The notes under the pieces were generated by a model. The model saw nothing but the letters and a program-made list of their open reading frames with translations, was not told the DNA's origin and ran no database searches. DNA of 64,000 bases, taken from NCBI GenBank assembly GCA_030141605.1, contig JAQGDQ010000101.1:566624-630623 (forward strand). Direction: 5' to 3'. Below are positions 52,478 to 64,000 of the stretch, one piece after another; within the stretch, counting starts at the first letter, position 1; every line of letters begins with the position of its first letter. The DNA is from Tubiluchus corallicola. Taxonomy: Eukaryota > Animalia > Priapulida. Both the position numbers and the translations under genes were made by a program.

Positions 52478-53430
52478 GTAAGTATAGGTCTAGTGCGATA
52501 AAATTCCTCAAGATTACACCCGCTTGAAAACGCATCCAAGCAGGTCTTCTGATAATTTTACTTAATTGCCTTTAAAGTTTCTCTTAGTTTTTAGTTAGAG
52601 AATGGATAAAAAATGGGGCGTTATTTACCCCGAAATATAAATAAATATTTGCAATGGAAATTATACCACTTGTCAGTTAATCCTGTGGTACTTGAACTTA
52701 AATGCTCGTCGTAGTAAATTGTTCGCTTTATCACATGTAACAAAACCAAGCACTTTATGCAGGGTTCTGCATCGATTACTAAATACAATTATTAACAGTT
52801 TTTCCACTTCACACGATGGTAGGCAAATACCATGTAGTTTATAGTGTGTCTTTCTGTTCATCTATAACAATTTCTTACTAGGTTAGTATTATAACTGTTT
52901 TAAACGATCGAAGTTATTTAATTGCCATGAACTGAATGCAAAACCAGTTAACTTCTAAACCTGGTACCACATTTAACGCCCGTTATGTGCACTTCCGTCT
53001 TTGTTGGAAGTGCGTTACAATGCCATCTGTAGAATAGCTACAGTTTCTCTGCCTACACGTTTAGTTATTCATCCTGTTTAAGACAAAAACGTATATAGCG
53101 GTGATTCCAAAACTGTGTTAAATCCTTTTGCCTCCGTGCTGCGTCCAGACTGCTGAAAACTCTGAGATGATCTCTTGAAACAGCATGTTACTATAATCAT
53201 CAACTTGTAATTGAAACTGTATTTTACTGTGATAGAATGTGTTAACATCCCATGAGCAAAAAGCGAGAATGAAAGAACCTTTTGACATACGTTGGGAACT
53301 GCTGGCTGTTCAATATCAGTGCCATTTTGCGCAGACCTTAATAGATTTTGTGTTACGGTTTAGGTTCCGGTTCCGTAACGTTCCGGTTACGGAAACTGCG
53401 CTAACAAGTCACTGGCATTGCAATAATATG

Positions 53431-53555
53431 TAAAATAAAATAAAATAAAATAAAATAAAATAAAATAAAATAAAATAAAATAAAATAAAATAAAATAAAA
53501 TAAAATAAAATAAAATAAAATAAAATAAAATAAAATAAAATAAAATAAAATAAAA
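53431..53555. repeat. (TAAAA)25 pentanucleotide repeat
   Basis: Perfect run. Confidence 0.97.
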
Positions 53556-53634
53556 TAAACCTGTTTGTTTTGAAAAATAAAAAGAAAATTTTAAACATAA
53601 TTGGAAAGTTCTCCTTCGTATTTTCATTTTCCAG

Positions 53635-53791
53635 CTGTCCTATTGACAATAAACAAATAGGAACACTGCAGCAGATGAAGATGGGATACATGAGTTTGGC
53701 TTTTGCTCACTTTAAGGTGTTCAAGTTTCCAGATGTAGAGAACATATTCTTTGACTGCCAATGTAAAGTCTGCTTTGAAAAGTGCGACCCA
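53635..53791 (+). CDS. ZP-domain protein exon 7: ZP-C
   Basis: GCPID...AFAHFKVFKFPDVENIFFDCQCKVC...C, a hallmark ZP-C motif. Confidence 0.92.
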
Positions 53792-54254
53792 GTAAGTACA
53801 TTTTGATGTGCTTCTTTTCAATTTTTACTTTTCGAATTTACAGTGCCTTGTTTTTAGCTGTGTTTTGGAAAAAAATAGAATTCATTTGTGGCAACTAAAC
53901 ATGTTTTTGAGGGACGATGATGACGCATTAGGATGATGATGATAACGATGCTGATGATAATGAGAGTGATAATAGTGATGATGACGATGACGATGGTGAT
54001 GACAATGATCATGTATTTAAAACGCTTTTTCAAATTGTTACCTTCGCGTATGTTGGTGTATTTTTTGTGGCCTGCGTTTTAGAAACACCTGTTTCTAAAA
54101 CTATAAGAGGCCTATAAGAGTTAATAAATAGGAATCCATTTGTGGTTTAACATTTTTGAGAGATGATGATAATGATGAAGAAAATGATGGTGGTGAAAGT
54201 GATAATAGTAATGTTAATGGCTAACTATGCTATTAATTGTATTATTTATTTCAG

Positions 54255-54660
54255 CCTGTCTGTGGTGGTGGTGGTGGTGGCTATGGCAGCGGAGGTGGTG
54301 GCGGTTACGGTGGTGGACGTGGAAGAAGTCGTGGAGGAGGTGGAGGCTATGGAGGTGGTCGCAGCATGGGTTATGGTGGTGGTGGCAGAGGAGGTGGTGG
54401 CGGTTATGGTAGAGGCAATTTCGGTAGTCGAGGAAGAGGTGGAGGCGGTATCGGATATGGTGGTGGTCATCCGATAATGGGCGGCTATGGAAGAAAGAAA
54501 AGGGAAGTTCAAGAAGAGGCCAATGAAGCCATACCTGTCAAAGAGGTAGAGAGTAATGACACTAGCGAAAGCAAAGAAGACACTGTTTTACTACAAAATG
54601 ACGAGCTTGTCTTCCAATCCATAAAAGTATCGGTCCCAGGAGCTGCTGATTTGTTTGAAG
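54255..54660 (+). CDS. ZP-domain protein exon 8: Gly/Arg/Tyr tract, furin site, external hydrophobic patch
   Basis: PVC then ~70 aa of GGYG/GRG repeats, RKKR, acidic linker, LVFQSIKV; donor G|GTAGA. Confidence 0.9.
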
Positions 54661-55567
54661 GTAGAAAAATATATTTTCCATTTTTGATGTTGGTGTAACT
54701 TACAGCTAAAGAAATACAATATTTTGTAAATAAGGGTGCTAAACACTTAGGATTAAAATTTATTAAAGTAGTGACAATTCCTACCGTTTCTACGCTGAAG
54801 AGGTGGCAAACAAAATTTGGATTGTCATTAAATAATTAAATGTTTCCAAATCTTTAAACACTTTTTGGATAAACGCCAAGCACACAAAATATACACATAA
54901 CTACAAAATTATATAGACATCTAACACAGTAAAATGTGTACCACATTAGTGACAAGACAATAATGCCGAGCAGAATGATGCATACAATGAGAACAACACA
55001 AACTTACATCCAAAGTAAAAAATATATACTTAGTTACGACAATTATATAATACGCAATGCACATATAAAGCATTCACTTTAACCAACCATTTGCAGACGA
55101 TTCTTCATTATATACTATATGGTCATTTTTTTAAATTTATCTTAATTACATCCTAGTGATAAAACATTTTAAGACATTATACACTTACGATTTTTGTCGG
55201 ATAAACAGAACCTGGGCATTAAAAGACATTAGGTACCGTGCCATTCCTTCGACCAAAAAAGCGGGACGGCAAAAATTGCAGGTTTGTCAATGCTTTCATA
55301 GTAAGAATTAGTTCATGAGAGCCCCACAGCAAGACAGAATGAGTTGGAATGCAAGGCATGTTCAGTAACAGAATCCCAGTAAATTTGAGTCTTTCTAACC
55401 GTATTGTAGCTGTTAGCGTTAAGACCTTGATTCAGTTGTTTCTAAATACAACCTTCAACTTTTTCCAAAAAATCTTAGCAACCTGTGAATAAATCTTTTA
55501 ATTGAATGTTATCGCTTTTTAGTTCTGTTGTTTTGTAAATTTTGAGCAATTTTGTGGTTCTTCACAG

Positions 55568-55746
55568 GTGACGAGGAAACGGCCGGAATTGTTGTTCATC
55601 GACATAAGATGGCGACAGAGTGCAATACAGATTTGTACGTCATGGGTTTGATTGTCTTAGGAACTCTCCTAGTTCTAACCGTGTCCGTTGCTGTATTAGC
55701 CGTTCTGCGTAGCAATAGATCTAAAATCGTGGAATTCAAACACTAA
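55568..55746 (+). CDS. ZP-domain protein exon 9: transmembrane helix and short tail
   Basis: Acceptor TCACAG|GT; LYVMGLIVLGTLLVLTVSVAVLAVL then RSNRSK; TAA; total CDS 1665 nt. Confidence 0.88.
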
Positions 55747-57204
55747 GTGAAACTTCTTTACGTTAACTCTCAGGACGAAACTACCATGTTGTTGTTTATA
55801 GTATGACTTTTTAGTCACAAACATGAGAATGTTGTTATTATTTATATAAGCAGGCCTATTACATATATAAGCAGTACGCTGAGATTGTAATTAATTAGTT
55901 CACGTGTTGAAAGTTAAAAATTGCTGTTACTGTAAAGATTGAAAGTGAAAAAAGTTTGTAAAAATGTTGCAAAGAATAATTCTTGTGTACAGCACATTTT
56001 TGTAACGTGATTAAGTAGTTGTAGCAGGGTTTACTAATAAACTGTTTTAATAAACTTATCAAAATCAAATTTATGACTTCAGTTTTAAGGTTAAGAACCA
56101 ACTAATCTACCACATGATCAAACAAATAAAAACCTACCAGCCATCCGACTGACCAATCAACCGGCCGGCTAGCTAGGCAGTCAGCTACCAGTCTACTATC
56201 CAGCAGCCATCCAGCTAACCAGTTACCCGATTTTAAGATGAAGATGTTAACTTTACATGACAAGATGTTGACTTTATTGAATAATGTATTTTTGTCATAA
56301 AAAGCGACTTCGATCGGTATTTTTTTACAATTATTATGCTTGACTGTTCTCAGTGACACGCAAAGTGAGTTACTACTTGTAATGGTGGCTGTTTGAATTA
56401 TGTGCAAGTAATGAGAAATACCAACGTGAGAAAGTTGTTATTAAACACGTGGTGATGTACAGTTTGTGACAGTGATCATGACGTGCGTCATCAGCTGCTG
56501 CTCGGGAAAGTTTCTGTAGAAAACTTTTCTTTGTTGACTCGGAAATTACACAATGTAGTTTTTTGTTGTAGCACATATTGTGATAGTCTTTTTTGTGAAT
56601 GAAATGTGAATGAAACGTACATGTAATGAGAGAGCTATTTAGTTAGAGAAACAACCAATTAACTGACTGACTGACTGATCGACTAATCAAAACCAATCTG
56701 GTCGTCAATTGATGAGCCAATTAGTTAGCTGTTGAATCAAACTGCCTGTCTGGCCAACAATTGACTGACTGACTGACTGACATACAGGTAAAGTAATAGA
56801 CACATAACCAAATCAGCCAGTTTAAAAACTAGATGCCGATCAATAAGTGATAAATCAGTCAGCTGATAGATCAATTGCCTGACAAATCAACTGCTGGTCA
56901 TTTGGAATAAACACATCATAGCAAGTACTATTTTGCGCATTTACTGTGCGCATTACACTTATACATCACACTATATGTCATAATCATTGGACGAATCTGT
57001 AAGAATTTATGCGAGCTGGTTGTTACTCGAGTTTCTGCTTTGAAACTTTGAAGCAACGTTTTACAAGAGCTCTTTTTACAAATACGGTGAAATATTGCAG
57101 GTCATCAAACTGTTGGTGTGCCATAATTACTTTGTTAAAAGTTCAAAACTACGATAAGGAACCCACGTTGTACGGTAGCAGAACTAAGCGCTAAATCTTA
57201 AAAA

Positions 57205-58293
57205 ATGATTGATTCAAAAACAGAACAACTAAATTATTCCTTAGTTTTTGAAAACGATTTTGTGCAAAACATTTCCAAAACAGAAGAAGGCGATCCAAAT
57301 TATTTGCCGTTTGGGGTGACGGTGTTTTACGTGTTGTTGTGTTTTGTGGGTCTTTTGAGTAATGTGGTTATTTTGACTGTCTATTTGCGACGAAAGATAA
57401 AAGGTCCTTGTGATGTTTACATCAAACTCCTTGCAGTTGTAGACGCTGCAGTATGTGTCATTGTTGCCGCCAGACTTATGCCAGTAAGCGTTCATGGTCC
57501 TGGATTGTGTTACTTCGTTGCTTTTTCCGTGTGCTTTGCTGTTACTTTCTCCGCTATCATCTTGATGGTCATTGCCATGGAGAGGTACTACGCCATCTGT
57601 AGGCCACATCTGAAGTCAATTGTTCGCAATACAAAATTCGTTTTCTTTTCTTCGTGTTTGGGTGCCATTGGAGCTGGTGTCTTATATTCGTCTTTACACA
57701 TTTATTTACCAGATCAGAAAGAAAGGAGTGTCATCAGAGGATGTGTTGTCGTGGACAAGGCCCAAAAACGAATGCTATTTTTTTGCGGACTTCTAGTTCT
57801 CGTCTTGCCTACAGTCACTCTATCCATTTGTTATGTAAAGATATTTCAGGCTATATTAAGACGCAACAAGCGATTTGCACGCCTGGGCACCGAAATGGTC
57901 GTGAGTGTTGTGCAAAATCACGAGTTCTCCGAAGCTTACTCAGCTGCACAGCACAAGATGAAGTCGTCAGTTCACGGTGAACTTACCACGACCACTACGA
58001 GCCGAGACGCCAGATCTAAAGCCAACAAACAACAAATGGCAAAGAAAAACCGCGCCCAGTTCCGTTCAGCCGCTATGTTCTGCACGGTAACGTTGGCATT
58101 TCTTCTTTGCTGGTTACCCTACAACATTGGCCAGATTGACATAACCTTTGAGATCCATTTGATGAAGATTCCAAATTTCCTCATGAATCTCTATTTAGTT
58201 AACAGTATATGTAACCCGTTCATATACCTTGTGTTCGACAAAAATGTCCGAAAAGACACGGTTGATTTTTTGTGTTGTAAAAAGAGGGCGTGA
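57205..58293 (+). CDS. Intronless orphan class A (rhodopsin-like) GPCR
   Basis: Seven hydrophobic segments; GLLSN, LAVVD, TM3 Cys and MERY, ECL2 Cys, TM5 P...Y, FLLCWLPY, NSICNPFIY, C-terminal CC; N-glycosylation sites NYS and NIS. Confidence 0.93.
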   Translation: MIDSKTEQLNYSLVFENDFVQNISKTEEGDPNYLPFGVTVFYVLLCFVGLLSNVVILTVYLRRKIKGPCDVYIKLLAVVDAAVCVIVAARLMPVSVHGPGLCYFVAFSVCFAVTFSAIILMVIAMERYYAICRPHLKSIVRNTKFVFFSSCLGAIGAGVLYSSLHIYLPDQKERSVIRGCVVVDKAQKRMLFFCGLLVLVLPTVTLSICYVKIFQAILRRNKRFARLGTEMVVSVVQNHEFSEAYSAAQHKMKSSVHGELTTTTTSRDARSKANKQQMAKKNRAQFRSAAMFCTVTLAFLLCWLPYNIGQIDITFEIHLMKIPNFLMNLYLVNSICNPFIYLVFDKNVRKDTVDFLCCKKRA

Positions 58294-58564
58294 TTAAGTA
58301 CGGGATATTCATTTTTTGATAATTTTAGAAGACATTTACCGAAATTTCAATTACTCATATTAGTGCATATGAAATGTGTTAATGTTGTGAAAATTCTGTG
58401 GTTTTGAGTATGGCATTTTAATAACAATGAATAGGCTAATATTCTAACGGCTTACAGAACCTACAGATAAAGCACAATAATGGCCATGCATGACAGACAA
58501 TGAATTTATTCAAATTCACATCAAATACGTATCTTAATTTACAGAAAGAGAGGCAGGAAAGAGA

Positions 58565-58664
<100 letters not shown>

Positions 58665-59847
58665 ATTTGATTTAGGTTTTTATTTCAAACCAAAGAGTCA
58701 GAAGGTGAAATATCCGTTTATTGGATTGCTAAATCAAAGTCAAAATTCGGGCCGTCATATTATCGAATTTTTAAAAAGCTTCTTTTGATAACGCACAAAG
58801 TTCGCAATACAGTTTCCGGCTGTCCAAATTGCTTTCAGAATAAGTCAGGAGACTACTTCTATCGCAGTAGTTATAAATGATTACATAATGTCTGAAAATG
58901 TTTGTTGTGTTTCCTGTGCAGCCTTTGCTGCCTTTTGTACCGGACAAAAAGCACGTTGTCAACTGAGACAGCCTGAAGGTAATCGCATATTTGGTAATAA
59001 AGTACGACTAAATTGCAGAACAGATCAAACACGTAAATAGTAAACAAATTGATCAAAAGTGTTATTCGCGTTAATAACAACATTAACTATTATTCGCGTG
59101 ATAATGACGATGCCGACAACGACGACGACGACGATAACAACAACACAACAACAACAACAACAACAACATTAATAATAAACAATTATCAATTGTCAGAGGA
59201 ATTAACAGAACCAAGAAAGAAGTTAACGGCTACTTGGAAAGAATATGGCCTTTACAGCCCAACATGTATAAATGCTCGTAGGTTTTCAAGCCTTCGTAAT
59301 TTTCGTAAAATTAAAACAAATATAACCTGTCCTTAGAAGAACTCACGTCTCCTGGACGCTGATGTAGAAACTTGTACTGATATTTATATTTAAACAAGCT
59401 ATTCGAAGGTAAACGATTACAATAAAAAGGGGAAGATATATGAATAGAAGAATAAATGTCCAGAGAAGTAGAATTCAATTGATTAATTTGCTAGTGATAG
59501 AAGATACCTGCTGCAGGTTGAATGGCATACATTAATTCTTAGCAAAACTAATTGGCACCTCTTAATTAAGAACCGCGTACAGCTGAAATTTTATGCACAT
59601 AGTTAATTAACAATTTCTGCAGTTCCACATCTCCACTTTTGTTTAAAAATATAAACTGATCGATATCACAAATGGATGGAAATTCTTGGAAAATGTCTGA
59701 TGGGAAATTGGCTCAAGAACGCATGTAGGAGCTTTAGCTGTGCGCTAATGGGATTTTTGTGTGGTTGCCTTATGTGTTCTAGGAGCACTAGTAATCAGAA
59801 GATGATTCTCAAGTCTATACTTAGATTTAAACAGTCTATATGTTCTT

Positions 59848-60416
59848 TCTTCTTCTTTTTCAAAATCTCATTCCACCTATTGGCATTGAGGTATCAACAT
59901 TTATCAGAGTATTCCACCTACTTCTATCTGCACCTAACAGCGTAAGTTCTTCTACTCCTAAAGAATGATTTGGTTGAAGTTGTTGGTCATCTTTATTTAT
60001 CTTAGCTATCCAAGGTGTTTTAGGTTTGTCAGGTGGTTTTTTTGCAAGGTTTTAAGGCTTTCTTTAAGGCGATCCTTACTGGTGCTTCTTTTGGTAATCT
60101 TAGAAGATATCCTAGCCATCTTAACCTTTCGATCTTGACTTTTAAACTCCAGTAAATTTCTTTCGTTCTGGTGTATAAATCTTCATTTTTGACTATGTAT
60201 GGCCATCTTATCTTCAGAACTTTCCTAAGAAGACCTTTATGAAATGTGTCAATCTGCTTTTCTTGAATAATCGTTAAACCCCAAGTTTCGCAGTTGTACA
60301 TAAATTAACCAATTAATTAATAAATTAATTAGCACAAGAATGTATTACCTAGCAAAAAATTAAGTCTTAACGTAAGACTTCGATTATTTAATGCTTACGT
60401 TACCAGCATATTTATG
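59848..60416 (-). mobile_element. 5'-truncated, 5'-inverted RTE-clade LINE insertion with 11-bp TSD
   Basis: YNCETW...LRKVLKIRWPYIVKNEDLY...RLRWLGYLLR (RTE C-terminus), (GAA)n tail, TATATGTTCTT at both 59837-59847 and 60417-60427. Confidence 0.88.
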
Positions 60417-60678
60417 TATATGTTCTTAGTTTATTAGAACTATTAGGTGAACATTATCATTATGGACAGCATTTACAGAATAGCTCTTAGTTTCTGCACA
60501 GTTTCTGTTCGACTGAACAAATTAGCTTTGTTTTGCTAAAAGTACATCAATTCTCACACCAAAAGTACATCAATTCTACGCCAAAAGTACATCACACATG
60601 GGCAAAGCCAGGTTTACATTACATTTTCGTAATACAAGTAACCCAGCTGTAGTTATATATATATATATATATATATAT

Positions 60679-61745
60679 AATAATCTTTATTTGCCATAAA
60701 AAATCGATATTCACAACTATAAAAGCATAAAAGAACATCGCTGCATGAGAATAAAATTCACACAACTGTTAAAGGCTAATGCGTCCAGTGCAAACTAAAA
60801 ACTACTGTGCCAAAAAATAAAACAAAAATATACATTATAATATTACACGGAAATTATAATAGACTATATACAATATATACATATAATTTAAAATGGACGT
60901 GGGTAAATAAAATTTGTAGATAAATATATATTATCGTTTACGTATGTTGGGTTTTCAAAACGATTTAATGTATGTATTTTTAATTTTGATTTGAATTCGT
61001 CAAAAGACTTGATTTGTTTTAAATTTGATGGCAGGGTATTCCAAAGTTGAACTCCTTGTTTAGTGATAGAATTGTTGCCGTATTTGTTATTAGTGCGTAT
61101 TTGCCTAATATTGTGTGTTCTTGGATTTAATGTTGGCTCCAAGAGGAGTGGAAGCTTATTTTTGATGAAGGGCGTGTTAATATTGTTGATGTATTTATAT
61201 AAAAACAAGATTGTGTAGAAGTCTTTATGTGCTTGTAAAATTGGGATTTTAAACATTGTTCTTAATTCTGTTACAGAGGTTTGATTTGTTATGAGGGACG
61301 TTTTATTTGAATAGCCAGCGACTAATCTTAATGCATAATTTTGAAGTCTATTTAGTTTGTTATAGCTGTCTCTTGAAACTTCATGAAAAAGTGTGCATCC
61401 GTATAAAAAGTGCGGTAGAATGAGAGTTTTAAAAATTAATAACTTTGTCTGTTTAGTTAGTTGACCTTTTACCTGCCGTAAGTAAGAGGTTCCGCATGCC
61501 ATTTTATCGTAAATTTTATTAAAGTGGTTATCCCAAGAAAGTTTGTTATCTACACAGATACCAAGAAAACTTACATTGTTTTTCTGTTTTATTATGCTAT
61601 TTTCAACTTTATTGATGTATTACTTATATTGTCATTTGAGAACGGGGAAAGGACCATGAAATCTGTTTTGGTGCTATTTATTTTGAGTTTTAAATGGGTA
61701 AATGCTATGTTAATGTTTGCGATGTCTTGTTCTAAAAGTCGTTGA
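60679..61745 (-). mobile_element. 5'-truncated L2/CR1-group LINE (RT end, C-terminal region, 3' UTR)
   Basis: LKINSTKT, TKLLIFKTLILPHFLYG, LNRLQNYALR, GVQLWNTLP..LKQIKSFDEFKSKLK; ends AATAAAGATTATTA next to a (TA)n run. Confidence 0.85.
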
Positions 61746-64000
61746 GCTGTTATCACTCACATCTAATTCTTTGCACCTCAAATAAGCATTATTTTTAAGT
61801 ATTTCACTATATATGCAACCAAAATTTCACCATTAATTTAATTATACATATATGTACTGGGTAATGGGTATATATCAGGCCCTGCCCTAACAACAAGGTT
61901 ACTAGCTTTAGCATGAACATAAAGCGTACGTTTACAGAATTTCAGCACAGTAAGTTCGCTTTTATCTTATCATAATCAGCCTCAAAGGTATTTCTATTTA
62001 ATGATTTTTCTACATTGAAAGCTACATATTCTACATATCTTGGAGCTATAAGTGATAGATCTAACGGTAGAATTAAGGATATTTTATCCAAACTGGTGAC
62101 CCAGATCATGAAACAGCAGTTTTTAACAGTATCAAAGAGTGTTTTTTTGCCTTTATCGTTAACCGCATAGATGCTTTTTGAAATTGAAGCCTAGACATAG
62201 AAATCAAGCCACAAGTACTTGTGCTTTTCCACGCTTTCGATTAGGATTCCATTATAGTAAAAACATCTTTTCTTAGAAACTCACCCAGCCTTATTAAAAC
62301 GATCACCTTTTTGCGATATTTACCTTCAATGACTATTTATTACCAAATAAATGCTGTTTATCTGATCATGCCTGTAAGCCAGATTGGTTTTATAAGTAGT
62401 TTTTTGCATCTGCGAATGTGATGTAGAATATCTATGATAGCACTATAAGAAACAGCAGAAAAACGAACACTATCTTCTGGCTGTCTTTTTAATATCAGGA
62501 CTGGGTTTTACATGAAAAATGAAAAACAACTTGCAAATTTGTCATTTTTGAAGTCGCTGGCTTTCATTTATTAGTCAATATACTAGGTTATTTGTTCACA
62601 ACATACTGCAACGACCGTAACGGTTTACAGCATAAATGCCCGTGTGGCTTTAGGTTGGAGTGAACATTCTCTTTAAGTTTGAACTGAATATTCTCGGTTG
62701 AAAGCACAATTATCATTCAAGGTCTTACTAAGAACAATTATGTTTATCAAACTGACTGAAATGTTGTCATCTGTAAACACTGACATTGGGAATTGTGTAA
62801 TGATAATTACCATTACCCGACAGAGCTGACACACGATTATTAAAAAAAATTATGCTGTGTCTTCTAACGAATTTTTGTCTACTATAAAACAGAAATTATC
62901 TTCGACGTTTGTCCAGAAAGAAACTTATTTAGCCTTTTAAATACACTGTCATTCTTCATTACACTGCTGTAATCGTTACTGTTATTATCTACGTTATTCC
63001 AAGTTTCATGGTTTGTATTCTGTTCTTGTCATAAAGTAAATGCTATGTTAAAGTAAATGAACAAACGAAATGATGGTGACAATAAAACTGTTGTGAAGTT
63101 TCATCTGACTGCACTATTTGTTTTTTGTCTAATTTTTGGCGTACATAAGTTTTATGTATTCTATTGTGTGCCTGCACTGTTTCGAACAATGTGCATGTAG
63201 TGTTGACTGCATGAAGAAGATATCAAATATTTAAGAAAATTTTTGAGTTCAATGTGAAAATTCATTGATTTTCTCTAAATTCGAGTCAAGACAGCACCAG
63301 GGTTTTAGTGACACTGTTGCAGTGACGAGGTTTCTATCGTAGATGTTGATTTTTCGTTTCCCCTGAATTTTTGTGCCGCACACAAGTACTGTACGCAGTA
63401 ATCACTGTTTACACCGAGTGCAGTACATGTATGTACGCACTTAGTACGTTGGATATAAACTGTTGTATACTACAAGGTCGTTACTTTTTTTATCAAGGAG
63501 CTGCTGCTTATTACTGATTTAAATTATAAGCCTTTTTCTTGTACCAATTTACTAACTTTACATTTCGTTTTTTTGTAGTAACGAGAACTTAGCAAAGACT
63601 GATAACTGGATAAAATTTAATGAATTGTCAGTTAAAAAAGAAGAAAAAGGGAATTTAAATAATTCTTAATAATTTAATAAGTTCGCGCCAAGTACAATTT
63701 TTCAGGAAAACGGCACTATTTCACTATCCCAGTGTGCACCAAAAAAAAACATAAAAAATAAATTTTTTGGACAAAATTAACTTATTTATACTTTTGCTTA
63801 GTAAATGAAGTTATTATTTTTTCGAATTTTGTGCAATGTTATTCAAACGTGTTTCATTTATATTGCATGTAAATTATATTTGTTGTACAATACTGATATA
63901 ATTTTTAGATCGAACGTGGTGGGAAAGAATTTTGATTTACTCATTCTAATTAACCCTTTTTGTATATAAGCTTACTGTGTTTCTGTAAACTAACTTTGTG

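Noticed and set aside
53401-53691. FYFIL-repeat ORFs
   Set aside because: Translation of (TAAAA)n.
54163-54512. Alternative-frame Val/Trp/Thr-rich ORFs
   Set aside because: Frame shadows of GGT/GGA Gly codons in ZP exon 8.
57009-57194. 61-aa ORF ending 10 nt before the GPCR ATG
   Set aside because: No recognisable features and TSS unknown; cannot support a uORF call.

Overview
AT-rich, intron-containing invertebrate animal genomic DNA; no prokaryotic features. Four protein-coding genes were reconstructed by hand with GT-AG junctions and consistent intron phases. (1) A secreted frizzled-related protein of the sFRP1/2/5 type (+, 3 exons, 4961-13087, 373 aa) with an unusually long Lys/Arg-rich tail. 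(2) A Cys-loop ligand-gated channel subunit of the GlyR/GluCl anion-channel type (-, 9 exons, 33005-16522, 509 aa) with a non-canonical pore (VGR instead of PAR, Met at 6') and missing agonist-site residues. (3) A cuticlin-like ZP-domain membrane precursor (+, 9 exons, 44297-55746, 554 aa) whose ZP module is flanked on both sides by Gly/Tyr/Arg-rich tracts. (4) An intronless orphan class A GPCR (+, 57205-58293). Repeats include a decayed CR1/L2-group LINE carrying a nested pogo-like element with TA target duplication, a PIF/Harbinger-type MITE, a tRNA-derived SINE, a decayed intron-containing tRNA-Leu, an RTE LINE insertion with a 5' inversion and 11-bp target duplication (twin-priming geometry), a 312-bp near-perfect palindrome and many microsatellites. 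All family assignments come from motif recognition by eye, not from database searches.
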